From: Acidimicrobiia bacterium
Lineage (GTDB): Bacteria; Actinomycetota; Acidimicrobiia; IMCC26256; BP-133
Assembly (NCBI GenBank): GCA_044867425.1
Contig: JBIOUX010000039.1
Span: forward strand, 15,383-79,382
Reading direction: 5' to 3'
DNA length: 64,000 nucleotides
Part shown: positions 9,777 through 19,300 of the stretch, piece by piece
How the letters are laid out: every line of letters starts with the position of its first letter
How positions within the stretch are numbered: the stretch's first letter is position 1
The notes under the pieces: model-generated
Databases searched by the model: none
What the model was told of the DNA's origin: nothing
What the model saw: only the letters and a program-made list of their open reading frames with translations
Made by a program: the position numbers and the translations under genes

Positions 9777-10406
9777 ATGAGCCCGCGCCGCGATCACCCC
9801 CAACCACCTGACCCGGTGACCGAAGCGCCGGCGGATCCCTTCAGCCGCTTCGGGGACTGGCTGGCCGAAGCCCGGGAGCGGGAGCTGGGGTGGGCCGAGG
9901 TCATGACGCTGGCCACGGCCGCGGCGGACGGGCGTCCATCGGCCCGGGCGGTCGTCCTCAACGGGTGGGACCAGCGGGGGCTGGTGTTCTTCACCGACTG
10001 CCGGTCCCGCAAGGCAGCCGAGTTCGCCGCCCGGCCGGCGGTGGCGGCGGTGTTCCTCTGGCCGGCGGGGCAGCACCAGGTCAGGGTGGAGGGGACGGTG
10101 GCCGAGCTCTCCGAAGCCGAGTCGGACGCCGGCTTCGAGTCGACCCCCCGGCAGGGCCGGCTGGTGGTGTGGGCCAGCCCCCAGGACGAAGTGGTGGCCG
10201 GCCGCGACCAGCTGGAGCAGCGGCTGGCCGAGGTGAAGGCCCGCTTCGCCGGGGGCGACGTGCCCCGGCCGCCGTGGTGGCGGGGCTACCGGCTGGCGCC
10301 CGCCGCCTTCGAGTTCTGGGCCGCCCGCGACGATGCCCTCCACGACCGGTTCCGCTACCGGCGGGGGGACGACGGCCCGTGGATGGTCGCGCGCCTGGCG
10401 CCCTGA
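9777..10406 (+). CDS. pdxH: Pyridoxamine 5'-phosphate oxidase
   Basis: ..MTLATA..DGRPSARAVVLNGWD.RGLVFFT..RS.K..E......AAVFLWP....QVRVEG.V and C-terminal FWAARDDALHDRFRY are canonical PdxH blocks. Confidence 0.9.
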   Translation: MSPRRDHPQPPDPVTEAPADPFSRFGDWLAEARERELGWAEVMTLATAAADGRPSARAVVLNGWDQRGLVFFTDCRSRKAAEFAARPAVAAVFLWPAGQHQVRVEGTVAELSEAESDAGFESTPRQGRLVVWASPQDEVVAGRDQLEQRLAEVKARFAGGDVPRPPWWRGYRLAPAAFEFWAARDDALHDRFRYRRGDDGPWMVARLAP

Positions 10407-10432
10407 GCCTCGTTGCGCGGCTGGCGACGCCT

Positions 10433-11455
10433 CTACGGGAGCTGGGGCGGGATCACCTTGATCCCCTCGTGGGTCAGCGCCTTGAGGTAGGCGACGAGGG
10501 CGGCCCGCTCGGCGGGGTCGAGGGTGAACGTCGGGAGGAGCGGGCTCTTGTTCGGTGCCGTTCCGCCGCCGCCCTCGTAGAAGGCCACCACTTCCTCGAG
10601 GGTGGCGAAGGCGCCGTCGTGCATGTACGGGGCCGTGAGGGCGATGTTGCGCAGGGTTGGCGTCCGGAAGGCGCCCCGCTCCTTCTCGTCGCCCGTGGCC
10701 GTGAACCGGCCCGGGTCGTCGGCCTGGGGACCCACCTGGGGTACGCCCAGGACGTGGAAGCGGTTGTCGGTGAACAGCGGGGGGGTGTGGCAGCCGGCGC
10801 AGCCGGCCTTGTCGAAGAACACCTCCCGGCCCCGCTGCTCCTCCTCGGAGAGGGCACTCTTGTCGCCCGCCTGGAAGCGGTCGTGGGCCGACTTCCAGCT
10901 CACCAGCGTGCGCTCGAAGGCGGCCAGGGCCCGGGTGATGTTGGTGAAGTTGACCTCACCGAAGACGTCGCGGAAGCGCTCCCGGTAGCCGGGGATGGCC
11001 TCGACCCGGGCCACCAGGGCGGGAATGGCCTCCCCGAAGCGGGTCATGGCCCGGCCGCTGTGCTGCTCGAGGCTGGCCATGGTCCCGTCCCAGGAGGGGA
11101 AGTCCTCGTAGCCGGAGTTCCACAGGCTGGTGCTGTTGCGGCCCAGCTCCTCGCCCTTCTGGTCCCGGTTCCGGGGGAGACCGTCGGCGAATCCCTTCTC
11201 CGGGAGATGGCAGCTGGCGCAGGCCAACTGGCCGTTCACCGACAGCCGCGCATCGAAGAACAGCTGCTTCCCCAGCTCCGCCTTCTCGGGCGTCTGGGGG
11301 TTGCCGGCGGGGATGGGCATCGGGCCCAGGACGGCGGCGGCGGTCAGCTTGCCGGCCTCGTGGGGGGCTGACGACCGGCTGCAGCCGAAGGCCACGGCCG
11401 CCACCAGCAACGGCACGACCACGAACGTCGAAGGGGGGACGGCCCGCATCCTCAC
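10433..11455 (-). CDS. Di-haem cytochrome c peroxidase (CCP/MauG family), lipoprotein
   Basis: Two haem-c motifs (CASCH, CAGCH), FRTPTLRNIALTAPYMHDG, and a lipobox AFGCS after the signal peptide. Confidence 0.9.
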   Translation of the reverse strand: MRMRAVPPSTFVVVPLLVAAVAFGCSRSSAPHEAGKLTAAAVLGPMPIPAGNPQTPEKAELGKQLFFDARLSVNGQLACASCHLPEKGFADGLPRNRDQKGEELGRNSTSLWNSGYEDFPSWDGTMASLEQHSGRAMTRFGEAIPALVARVEAIPGYRERFRDVFGEVNFTNITRALAAFERTLVSWKSAHDRFQAGDKSALSEEEQRGREVFFDKAGCAGCHTPPLFTDNRFHVLGVPQVGPQADDPGRFTATGDEKERGAFRTPTLRNIALTAPYMHDGAFATLEEVVAFYEGGGGTAPNKSPLLPTFTLDPAERAALVAYLKALTHEGIKVIPPQLP

Positions 11456-11466
11456 CGGCCGCCACC

Positions 11467-11859
11467 TTACGGCCCGGCGACGACCTTGGCATGGATCTGC
11501 TCCGCCAGGGCGTGGATGGCCCGGGTCAACTCGGTGTTGAGCTTGAGCTCCTGCTCCTGCTCGTTGAAGTCATGGTCGGCTTTGCGCTGGGTGAACTCGG
11601 CCTGGCGGTTCTGGCCGATCATGACGAAGGTCGACAGGAAGATCGCCTCCAGCGAGACGATGAGCGTCAGCTTGGGCCACGGGTCCTGCTCCAGCACCAG
11701 CATCCACACGGCGAAGGCGACGGCGTGGATGTAGACGAACTTCATCGACCCGGCGAAGGCGGTGATGGCATCGGCGATGCGGAGCTGGACATCGGCCGCC
11801 CGACGGGCCTTGTGCTCCATGACAACGGGGTGTCGCGGTCGTGTGTCCGTGGCTGTCAC
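11467..11859 (-). CDS. DUF1003-family membrane protein
   Basis: ADAITAFAGSMKFVYIHAVAFAVWM...LSLEAIFLSTFVMIGQNRQ...D...N...ELK matches the DUF1003 architecture. Confidence 0.8.
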   Translation of the reverse strand: MTATDTRPRHPVVMEHKARRAADVQLRIADAITAFAGSMKFVYIHAVAFAVWMLVLEQDPWPKLTLIVSLEAIFLSTFVMIGQNRQAEFTQRKADHDFNEQEQELKLNTELTRAIHALAEQIHAKVVAGP

Positions 11860-11962
11860 GTGCTCCTCCTCTGCAGGCGCGGCGGTGACCGGGGGGATGG
11901 CCGTGAGCGAGCTCGCGTCAACTCTATGGCGGAGGCCGAGCAGGCCGTCTGGTCGGCTCGAG

Positions 11963-13273
11963 TCACCCGAAGCGGGGGACGGAGAAGAGGACCCCGCCGA
12001 AGAGCAGGTAGGCGAGGAGCAGCGTCCAGGCCACGTTGAACGCCTGCGCCAGCACGAAGGCCAGGGCCGGACGGCCGCCCTCGGCCGTGACGAGGTCGGC
12101 GAAGCGCGTCTCGAGCCCGATGGAGGTGAAGGCGAGGGCGAACCACAGGGTGCGCAGGCTGGTCAGGATCGGCTTGGTGTCGGTCACCGTGGCGTCGGTG
12201 AGGAAGAACGAGAAGATGATCGAGGCGACGATGAAACCGAGCACGAACTTGGGGAAGCGTTCCCAGATGACCCGGGGGCTGGGCCGCTCGGTGCCCTCCC
12301 GCCGCCGCATGGTCCACCACACCGACAGGGCGAAGGCCGCCACGCCGATGAGCACGTTCTGGGAGAACTTGACGATCACCCCTGCTTTGAGGGCGGACTC
12401 GCCGATCAGCTCGGCCGCCGCCACCACCGAACCGCTCGTGTCCAGCGTGCCCCCCAGCCAGGCGCCCCCCACCACGTCCGGCATGTGGAAGGTCTTCACC
12501 ACCCAGGGCATGACAACCAGCATGGGGACGGCGACCAGGAGCACCAGCGAGGTGACGTAGGACAGCTTCTTGCGGTCGCCCTGGATGGCCCCGCAGGTGG
12601 CGATGGCAGCGGAGACGCCGCAGATGGCCACGGCCGAGGAGAGCATGACGGCGAACTCGTCGTCCACCCGGAACTTCCGGGCCAGCCAGAAGCACACGTA
12701 CCACACGGTGGTGGCCACCAGCAGTGCCTGGACCAGGCCCCGGGCACCGGCGTCGAGGATGTCGGGAAAGAGGATGCCGGCGCCCAGCAGGACCAGCCCG
12801 ATCTTGATGTAGTACTCGGTGCGCACCGCCTCCCGCAGCCAGTCGGGCACCCCGATGAGGTTGCTGATGGCCAGGCCGATGAACAGGGCGAAGAGCACGA
12901 ACTCCAGCCCGATGTCGGAAACCGCCGTGTTGCCGGCGATGACCAGGGAGGCGAAGGCCAGCAGGAAGACGGCCGGGAACCCGACGGCGTAGCGGGCCAC
13001 CTTGCCGCCCATGAGCCAGATCCCTCCGGCGGAGAGCACCAGGTAGGCGGCCCCACCCAGGACCCACTTGCCGAGCGTCTCGCCCCCCAGGAGGTCGCCC
13101 AGGCCGCCCAGGCTGTCCCATTCCAGCTTGGGGAGGTCGATGTGCACGCCCGCCAGGGTGAGGAGGATGAGCAGGCTGCCGAGCCCGACGGCCAGCCAGT
13201 CCTCGCTGCGCCAGGCGGGGGCGGGCGGGCCGGCCGGCGGCGTGTCCTGCTCGGGGGCGGCGGGCTCGGCCAT
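11963..13273 (-). CDS. YeiH/UPF0324-family putative sulfate-exporter-type membrane protein
   Basis: Polytopic membrane protein with the AICGVSAAIA motif characteristic of the family. Confidence 0.8.
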   Translation of the reverse strand: MAEPAAPEQDTPPAGPPAPAWRSEDWLAVGLGSLLILLTLAGVHIDLPKLEWDSLGGLGDLLGGETLGKWVLGGAAYLVLSAGGIWLMGGKVARYAVGFPAVFLLAFASLVIAGNTAVSDIGLEFVLFALFIGLAISNLIGVPDWLREAVRTEYYIKIGLVLLGAGILFPDILDAGARGLVQALLVATTVWYVCFWLARKFRVDDEFAVMLSSAVAICGVSAAIATCGAIQGDRKKLSYVTSLVLLVAVPMLVVMPWVVKTFHMPDVVGGAWLGGTLDTSGSVVAAAELIGESALKAGVIVKFSQNVLIGVAAFALSVWWTMRRREGTERPSPRVIWERFPKFVLGFIVASIIFSFFLTDATVTDTKPILTSLRTLWFALAFTSIGLETRFADLVTAEGGRPALAFVLAQAFNVAWTLLLAYLLFGGVLFSVPRFG

Positions 13274-13279
13274 GCCCCT

Positions 13280-13891
13280 CTAGGCGTCGTCGGTGGGCTC
13301 GAACTCGATCCGCTCGGGGCTGCGGGCCTGGCGGGCCGGCTTCTTCTCCCACACGACGATCGTTCCCGCCGAGCGGTCGTGGAGCGTCTGGAGGAGCGGG
13401 TCGGCCAGGGCCAGGAAGGACACGAACCAGAACAGCGCCCGGGCCCCGGCGCGATGGGTGGCCACCTGGAAGCCGATCGGGCCGCCCGTCTCCTGGTGGA
13501 CGACCTTGATGCCCACCAGCCGCTTGCCCATCGTCTGGCCGCCCGCCCCCTCGAGCAGCACCACGTGGGCCAACACCGCCACGGTGGCCAGGAGGCGGAC
13601 CCGCAGCGGGGCACCATCGTTGCCGAAGGCGGGATCCCAGCCGAGAGCACCGACGAAGGACAGCGCCACCAGCATCACCGTGACGTCGAGGGCGGCGGCC
13701 GCGAGCCGGGCCCGGGGCGAGGCCAGATCCGGCCGCCGGACGGCCTCGGTACCGGCGGGGTCGTCCGAATCGGCGGAGAACAGCCGGCGAGCGAGCGCCC
13801 GGGAGGAGAACCGCTCCCCGCAGCGGTGGCAGTTGCGCCGGAATCCGTTGGTGGCCCCGCACCTCTGGCACTGCACCGCGCCAATATCCAT
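13280..13891 (-). CDS. RDD-family membrane protein with an N-terminal zinc ribbon
   Basis: MDIGAVQCQRCGATNGFRRNCHRCGERF, then an RDD-type core (R.AAAALD..., GGQTMGKRLVGIKVV, HDRSAGTIVV). ATG 13891; the upstream ORF extension is non-coding-like. Confidence 0.75.
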   Translation of the reverse strand: MDIGAVQCQRCGATNGFRRNCHRCGERFSSRALARRLFSADSDDPAGTEAVRRPDLASPRARLAAAALDVTVMLVALSFVGALGWDPAFGNDGAPLRVRLLATVAVLAHVVLLEGAGGQTMGKRLVGIKVVHQETGGPIGFQVATHRAGARALFWFVSFLALADPLLQTLHDRSAGTIVVWEKKPARQARSPERIEFEPTDDA

Positions 13892-14006
13892 CTGCCGGCG
13901 GCTCCCGTAAAGAGGGTGATTTCGTGCGTCAGCAACGACTCCCCGAGGGGACCGGGCCTCCGCCCCGGGGGCAAGATGTTCGCTCCCGGTCCGATCCCAA
14001 GGGAGG

Positions 14007-14495
14007 GTGAACGTGTCCGAGATCCTCACCAAGGCCGCCACGCAGGCCCACGACTCGCTGATCGGCTTCGAGAAGATCCTCCGCGCCATCAGCGACGCCG
14101 ATCTCCACCGCGCCCAGCCGGAGGGAGGTTGGACCTGCGCCCAGGTCGTCTCCCACATGCACCTGTCCGGGTTGGTGTGGATCGCCGACCTGGAACGGCT
14201 GCGCCACTGCACCGGCGAGGGCATGTTCATGTTCCGGGAGGAGTTAGGTCACGACGCCGTGGGCGCGCCCCCTCCTACCGCGGCCGAGGCCGCCGACCGC
14301 ATCGCCAGCCTGCGAGCCGCCCTGGAGGCGTGCCTTCCCGCCGCCGACCCGGCCATCCTCGACAAGGAGATGGAAGTCCCACCCTTCGGCACCGTGACCT
14401 GCGCCGAGTTCATGCCGCTCATCATCGGCCACCTGGACAACCACGCCGAGCAGGCCAAGGCGATCCTCAGGGTCCGGGGCGCCCTCCCCGCTTAG
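14007..14495 (+). CDS. DinB-family (DinB_2-like) four-helix-bundle protein
   Basis: GGWTCAQVVSHMHLSG... and IIGHLDNHAEQ His triad spacing. GTG start preceded by AAGGGAGGG. Confidence 0.7.
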   Translation: MNVSEILTKAATQAHDSLIGFEKILRAISDADLHRAQPEGGWTCAQVVSHMHLSGLVWIADLERLRHCTGEGMFMFREELGHDAVGAPPPTAAEAADRIASLRAALEACLPAADPAILDKEMEVPPFGTVTCAEFMPLIIGHLDNHAEQAKAILRVRGALPA

Positions 14496-14902
14496 AGCAC
14501 TGGAAAGACCTGGATGGCGGATCGTTCCTGCCGGGCCAGGGCCCGCACAACGGCGCGATCCCCGTGTTGGAGGCGGGGCGACTCGAGCAGGGCGCCCAGG
14601 GCAACGGTCACCGCCTCGGCCGGCAGTTCGGAGTCTTCCCCGCCGATGGAGACCGCCAGGTCGTCCCCGTGGACCACCAACTCGATGATCTCCAGCCGGA
14701 CCCGGTCGTCCAGCCGCATGGCGGTGGGAAACACCAGCAGGCGCTCGAGCCAGACCAGGCCCTGCAGGACGTGGGCGACCAGACCACCGACGCTGAGATC
14801 CTCGAGCGCGCTGGGCTCCTCCCAGCGCTTGGCCGTGGCCGGGTCGCCGAGGAGCCCGGCGAAATGGTCGCCGGCCCGCAGGAAGGCCTCTGTGATCTCC
14901 AC
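14492..14902 (-). CDS. Mycothiol-dependent maleylpyruvate-isomerase-N-domain (DinB superfamily) protein
   Basis: MEITEAFLRAGDHFAGLLGD......W..PSAL.DLSVGGLVAHV is the usual N-terminal pattern of this family. The stop overlaps the convergent gene by 4 nt. Confidence 0.65.
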   Translation of the reverse strand: MEITEAFLRAGDHFAGLLGDPATAKRWEEPSALEDLSVGGLVAHVLQGLVWLERLLVFPTAMRLDDRVRLEIIELVVHGDDLAVSIGGEDSELPAEAVTVALGALLESPRLQHGDRAVVRALARQERSAIQVFPVL

Positions 14903-14925
14903 GCCCGCATCCTTACACTGGCGCC

Positions 14926-16449
14926 GTGCTGCGCGAGCCGGTGCGGGGCGGCTTCCCGGAGCCGTCCTTCCATGCCCTCCCGGGCATCGACCGGGCGCGG
15001 GCCTACCTGCGGGGCCTCGTCCCCCGGCCGCCGCTGTCCCACCTGGTCGGCTACCGGGTCACGCAGGTCGGCCCCGGAAGCGCCACGCTGACCATGCCGG
15101 CCAGCCCCTGGCTCCAGGGTCTTGACGACGGCATGTTCATCGAGTTCCTGGTGGCGGCGGCGCTGACCGGGGCGGCGATGACCAGTGCCCCTCCGGGGGC
15201 GGAAGTGCGCCTGACGTCGGTCTCCGTGAACCGCTTCCGCCCGGCGACCACCGCCAGCGGCACGCTGGTGGCCCGGGGCCGGACGCTCAACAGCGGACGC
15301 ACGTTCCCGTTCACGGAAGTGCTGGTGGAGGACTCCCTGGGCCGGGCGGTGATCCACGCCACCGGCGCCGCCATCTTCCGGCCTGTGACCTCGCTCCCGG
15401 CGCCGTCCCCCGCCTTCGCCGCCGTCCCGCTGGAGACCCCGAGCTACTCCACACCCGACCCCCACGAGCGGCCCCTCCCAGGGGGCGTCGGGCTGGCCCC
15501 TGTCCAGCTGTGGGAAGAACACGACGGTCCCGCCATCATCCGGATGTACCTGGCCGGGGAGCTGCCACAGATGCCGGTGACAGCGCTGTTGGGTCTCCGG
15601 ATCCTCGCCTGGGAGGAGGGACGGGTCGAGGGCTCGCTGCCGGCAACGGAATGGCTCGCCGGCGAAGGCCGTGACGTGGCTCCCGGCGTCCTCACCTTCC
15701 TCGCCCACGTCGGTCTGGGAGGGACGACAGCGTTACGGGTGCCGCGCCGGCGTGTCCAGGTCGGCATCCTCGACGACAGCGTGAGCTTCTACCGCAGCGT
15801 GGCCTGCGACGGCCGCGACCTCCGGGTGCGGGGCAGGATCACCCATCGACCGGGTGACTTCGTGGTGTCGTCCATGGACGTGACGGACGCCGACGGGAAC
15901 CTCGTGGCCGTCGGGCACCGGACGTCCGTGTTCCTGGAGCCGCGCGCCACCCCGGCGGCCAAGTCGGAGCGCCGCCTGCTCACCGTGTTGTTCACCGACC
16001 TCGTCGAGTCCACCCGGACGGTGGAGCAGTCCGGCGACGGGCGGTGGTCCGAGCTCCTCGCCGAGCACCACCGGCTCGTCCGCTCCGAGCTGGAGGTCCA
16101 CCACGGGCGGGAGGTGAAGACGACCGGCGACGGCTTCCTGGCCACGTTCGACTCGCCGACCCGGGCGATGCAGTGCGCCCGCGCCATCCGCGACGGCGTC
16201 CGCCGCCTCGGCCTGGAGATGCGGGCGGGCATCCACACCGGGGAGTGTGAAGTCGGCGGGGGCGATGTCGCCGGGCTGGCCGTCCACGTGGCCGCCCGGG
16301 TCCAGTCGGCGGCCCAGCCGGGCGAGATCCTGGTGTCGGCGACGGTCCGCGATCTCACCGCCGGGTCCGGAATCCAGCTCGTCGACCGCGGTGGGCACGA
16401 GCTGAAAGGCCTCGACGGGCAGTGGGCGCTCTTCGCGGTCGAGGGCTGA
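14926..16449 (+). CDS. Class III adenylate/guanylate cyclase with two N-terminal PaaI-like hotdog domains
   Basis: C-terminal RRLLTVLFTDLVESTR...EVKTTGDGFLATFDSP..A..CA..I.......MRAGIHTGECE...GDVAGLAVHVAARV cyclase core. Two thioesterase-like hotdog modules lie in residues ~20-150 and ~170-320. Confidence 0.88.
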   Translation: MLREPVRGGFPEPSFHALPGIDRARAYLRGLVPRPPLSHLVGYRVTQVGPGSATLTMPASPWLQGLDDGMFIEFLVAAALTGAAMTSAPPGAEVRLTSVSVNRFRPATTASGTLVARGRTLNSGRTFPFTEVLVEDSLGRAVIHATGAAIFRPVTSLPAPSPAFAAVPLETPSYSTPDPHERPLPGGVGLAPVQLWEEHDGPAIIRMYLAGELPQMPVTALLGLRILAWEEGRVEGSLPATEWLAGEGRDVAPGVLTFLAHVGLGGTTALRVPRRRVQVGILDDSVSFYRSVACDGRDLRVRGRITHRPGDFVVSSMDVTDADGNLVAVGHRTSVFLEPRATPAAKSERRLLTVLFTDLVESTRTVEQSGDGRWSELLAEHHRLVRSELEVHHGREVKTTGDGFLATFDSPTRAMQCARAIRDGVRRLGLEMRAGIHTGECEVGGGDVAGLAVHVAARVQSAAQPGEILVSATVRDLTAGSGIQLVDRGGHELKGLDGQWALFAVEG

Positions 16450-17315
16450 TGGGAAGCGACCGCCTGGCCCTGGCCGTCGACATCGGCGGCACCAAGCTGG
16501 CCGCCGGCGTGGTCGACGGCGAGGGCCGCCTTACCGACCGGGCGTCCACCCCCACACCCGTCACCGACGACCCCGAGGAAGTGTTCTCCGCCCTCACCGG
16601 CGTGATCGAGAAGCTGCCGCCGGTGGAGGCGGCCGTGTGCGGCATCGGCTGCGGGGGCCCCATGGCCCCCGGCGGTGAGGAGGTGTCCACGCTCCACATC
16701 CCCGCCTGGCGCCGGTTCCCGCTGCGCCGGCGGGTGGCCGAGGCCACCGGCCTGCCCACCTTCGTCGACAACGACGCCAAGGCCCTGGCCCGGGGGGAGG
16801 GCTGGGTGGGGGCGGCCGCGGGCCAGTCCGAATTCATCGCCATGGTCGTGTCCACCGGCGTGGGCGGGGGGATCTTCCTCGACGGCCGCCTCCTCGACGG
16901 CCGGGCCGGCAACGCCGGCCACATCGGCCATGTGGTGGTCGTGCCCGGCGGCCGGGAGTGCTTCTGCGGCGGGCGGGGCTGCCTGGAGGCGGAGGCCTCG
17001 GGGCGGGCCATCGCCGCCGCCACCGGCCGTCCGCCGGCGGAGGCCGGTCCCGAGGTGATCCACCGCACCGGCACGCTGGTGGGCCGGGCGGTGGCGTCGG
17101 TGGCCAACCTCCTCGACCTGCCCCTGGCCGTTGTGGCCGGGTCGGTGGCGCTGGGGTTCGGCGCCCCGTTCTTCGCTGCCGCCCAGGCGGAGATCGACGC
17201 CCTGGCCCGCCTCGACTTCTCCCGGGGCACCCGCATCGTCCCCGCCGGCCTGGGCGACGCCGGGCCCCTCATCGGCGCCGCCGCCGTGGGCTTCGCCGGC
17301 CTGGCCTCCCGCTGA
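16449..17315 (+). CDS. ROK-family sugar kinase (glucokinase-like)
   Basis: LAVDIGGTKLAAGVVD, the GNAGHIGH motif and the zinc motif CFCGGRGCLE. ATG 16449 overlaps the cyclase stop (ATGA). Confidence 0.88.
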   Translation: MGSDRLALAVDIGGTKLAAGVVDGEGRLTDRASTPTPVTDDPEEVFSALTGVIEKLPPVEAAVCGIGCGGPMAPGGEEVSTLHIPAWRRFPLRRRVAEATGLPTFVDNDAKALARGEGWVGAAAGQSEFIAMVVSTGVGGGIFLDGRLLDGRAGNAGHIGHVVVVPGGRECFCGGRGCLEAEASGRAIAAATGRPPAEAGPEVIHRTGTLVGRAVASVANLLDLPLAVVAGSVALGFGAPFFAAAQAEIDALARLDFSRGTRIVPAGLGDAGPLIGAAAVGFAGLASR

Positions 17316-17331
17316 CGACCCCCGCCAGCCT

Positions 17332-17643
17332 TCAGAGGGCCTCGAGGAGCACGACGGTGGCCATCCCGGCGATCAGGGTGAGGGCCACGCTGCCCGTACG
17401 CCAGGCGACGAGGGTGGCCAGGACGCCGGCCGCGAACCGGGGCTGGGTCAGGTCCAGGGCACCGTGGGGCCGGGCGATCGCCGGCAGCACCAGCGAGGCG
17501 AGGGCGGCCGGCGGGATCTGGCGCAACAGGCGCTGCACGCCGGGCGGCACCGTGGCCAGGCGGTGGGCGAAGGCGATGAACGAGGCTCGCATGGCGAAGG
17601 TGCCCAGGCCCGCGGCCACGATGACGATCCAGACCCGGCTCAT
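17332..17643 (-). CDS. azlD: AzlD-family branched-chain amino acid transport protein
   Basis: 103-aa hydrophobic protein, MSRVWIVIVAAGLGTFAMRASFI.... ATGA overlap with the upstream azlC reading frame. Confidence 0.8.
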   Translation of the reverse strand: MSRVWIVIVAAGLGTFAMRASFIAFAHRLATVPPGVQRLLRQIPPAALASLVLPAIARPHGALDLTQPRFAAGVLATLVAWRTGSVALTLIAGMATVVLLEAL

Positions 17644-18397
17644 GCCGGGGTCTCCGGCATCTCTGGCGGACGGGGGTGGTGGTCGTCGGGCCCACCGCTC
17701 CCCTCACCGTCCCGTCGCTCGGCCAGGACCTCGGCCAGGGCGCCGGCGGCGATCCCGCTGACCGCCCCCGCCATGATCGACAACCCGCCGGCCCCGGCCT
17801 CGGCGGCCACCACCGCCGCCACCCCACCGGCCGTCGCCGCCACCACCGCCGGGCGGGTGGTGCCACCGGGACCAGCAGCACCAGGAACACGAGGGACACG
17901 GCGAAATCCAGTGGGATCCGGTCGGGCAGCGCCGTGCCCACCAGCGCCCCGGTCAGGGTCGACGTGACCCAGATGGCCGCCAGGAAGACGCCGGCGCCGG
18001 CCATGAAGGGGATGCGGCGCCGGGGCTCGTCCTCCTCTGGCCACCGGGAGATGCAGGCGGCATAGACCTGGTCGACCAGCACATAGCCGGCGGCCAGCCG
18101 GCGCCAGCGCGGCTCTCTGGCCAGGTAGGGCGCCAGCGACGCCGAGTACAGGAGCATTCGCAGGTTGATGGTCCAGGCGGCCAGGACGGCGACGGCCACC
18201 GAGCCGCCACCGGTGAGCACGTTGATGGCGGCCAGCTGCGAGGCGCCGGCGAAGACGATGGTGGAGAACCCGAGGGCGGCGCCGGCCCCCAGCCCGGCGG
18301 CCACCGGGGTGGCCCCCGCCACCAACCCGAACGGGATGACGCCGATCACCATGGGGGCCACGGCGGCGGCACCGGCCCGGGCATCCGAGAGCGACAT
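17640..18397 (-). pseudogene. azlC: AzlC-family branched-chain amino acid permease interrupted by an apparent 1-nt frameshift
   Basis: N-terminal 178 aa (MSLSDARAG...DFAVSLVFLVLLVP) are in one frame. The C-terminal ~73 aa (..TTRPAVVAATAGGVAAVVAAEAGAGGLSIMAGAVSGIAAGAL..) are in the -1 frame and end in the ATGA overlap with azlD. The span is 758 nt (3n-1). The junction is near 17872-17881. Confidence 0.7.
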
Positions 18398-18487
18398 GGC
18401 CCTGCATGATGGCCGCCCCCGGGCCCGAGCCGGGAACCGCAAAACCCGATTGACACCCTCCGGCGGTCCCCACCACAGTGGCCGGCA

Positions 18488-19300
18488 ATGATCAGGACGC
18501 TGTCGCTGGTCGCCGTGGCGGTGCTCGTCTCCGCCGTGACGCTGGTCGCCCCGGACGCCCGGGCGGAGACCGACCTGTACTACGTGGCCCTGGGCGACTC
18601 CTACTCCTCCGGTGAAGGGGTCGAGCCCTACGACCCCGACTCGCTCGACTGCCACCGCTCCCCCGGCGCCTATCCCAGCCTGGCCGCCGGCCAGCCGCCG
18701 GCCCGCGCCTGGACCTACTGGTTCTTCGCCTGCTCGGGCGCCACCACCGACGACGTCAACCGGCCGGTGTCGGGCCAGGCCCACCAGGTGGAGAAGGCGG
18801 CCGAGTGGGTCCGCCTCGTCACCATCACCATCGGCGGCAACGACGCCCGCTTCGGTCCCATGCTCCGGCGCTGCGCCCTCGGGTCCACCCCCTGCACCGA
18901 AGAGAACGACAACGAGGAGGCCTTCATCGAGCAGGAGGTCCGGCCCAGGCTGAAGGCCACCTACGCCAAGCTGCGGGCCGCCTCGCCCCCGGCCCGGATG
19001 GTCGTCCTCACCTACCCCCACATCTTCCAGACCGAGCGGCACTGCGGCCGGGAACCGGGCATCCAGAACGACGAGAAGGCGTGGATCCGGGACCGCACCG
19101 ACCAGCTCAACGACATCGTCGACGAGCAGGCCACGGCCGCCGGCCTCCAGGTGCTCGACGGGCGCGACGCCTTCGCCGGCCACGAGATCTGCACCGAGGA
19201 ACCCTGGGTCAACGGGTGGGGGCAGCCGGGCTCCTTCCATCCCAACGCCAAGGGGCACGAGGTTCTGGCCCGCCAGCTGGTCGACTTCCTCAACCGCTGA
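18488..19300 (+). CDS. Secreted SGNH/GDSL-family hydrolase (lipase/esterase)
   Basis: Signal peptide, block I YVALGDSYSSGEG, block III TIGGND, block V HPNAKGH. Confidence 0.88.
   Translation: MIRTLSLVAVAVLVSAVTLVAPDARAETDLYYVALGDSYSSGEGVEPYDPDSLDCHRSPGAYPSLAAGQPPARAWTYWFFACSGATTDDVNRPVSGQAHQVEKAAEWVRLVTITIGGNDARFGPMLRRCALGSTPCTEENDNEEAFIEQEVRPRLKATYAKLRAASPPARMVVLTYPHIFQTERHCGREPGIQNDEKAWIRDRTDQLNDIVDEQATAAGLQVLDGRDAFAGHEICTEEPWVNGWGQPGSFHPNAKGHEVLARQLVDFLNR

Noticed and set aside
11762-15091. Very long ORFs in the six-frame track: 1109 aa at 11762..15091 (+), 967 aa at 16355..19258 (-), 767 aa at 43259..45562 (+), 656 aa at 46221..48191 (-), 671 aa at 11856..13871 (-), and 457 aa at 3926..5299 (-).
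   Set aside because: Their translations are dominated by Arg/Gly/Pro/Ala/His runs with no recognisable motifs. They lie antisense or out of frame to genes with clear family signatures. Stop-free alternative frames are expected in DNA this GC-rich. Only the short azlC N-terminal segment of 16355..19258 is real coding sequence.
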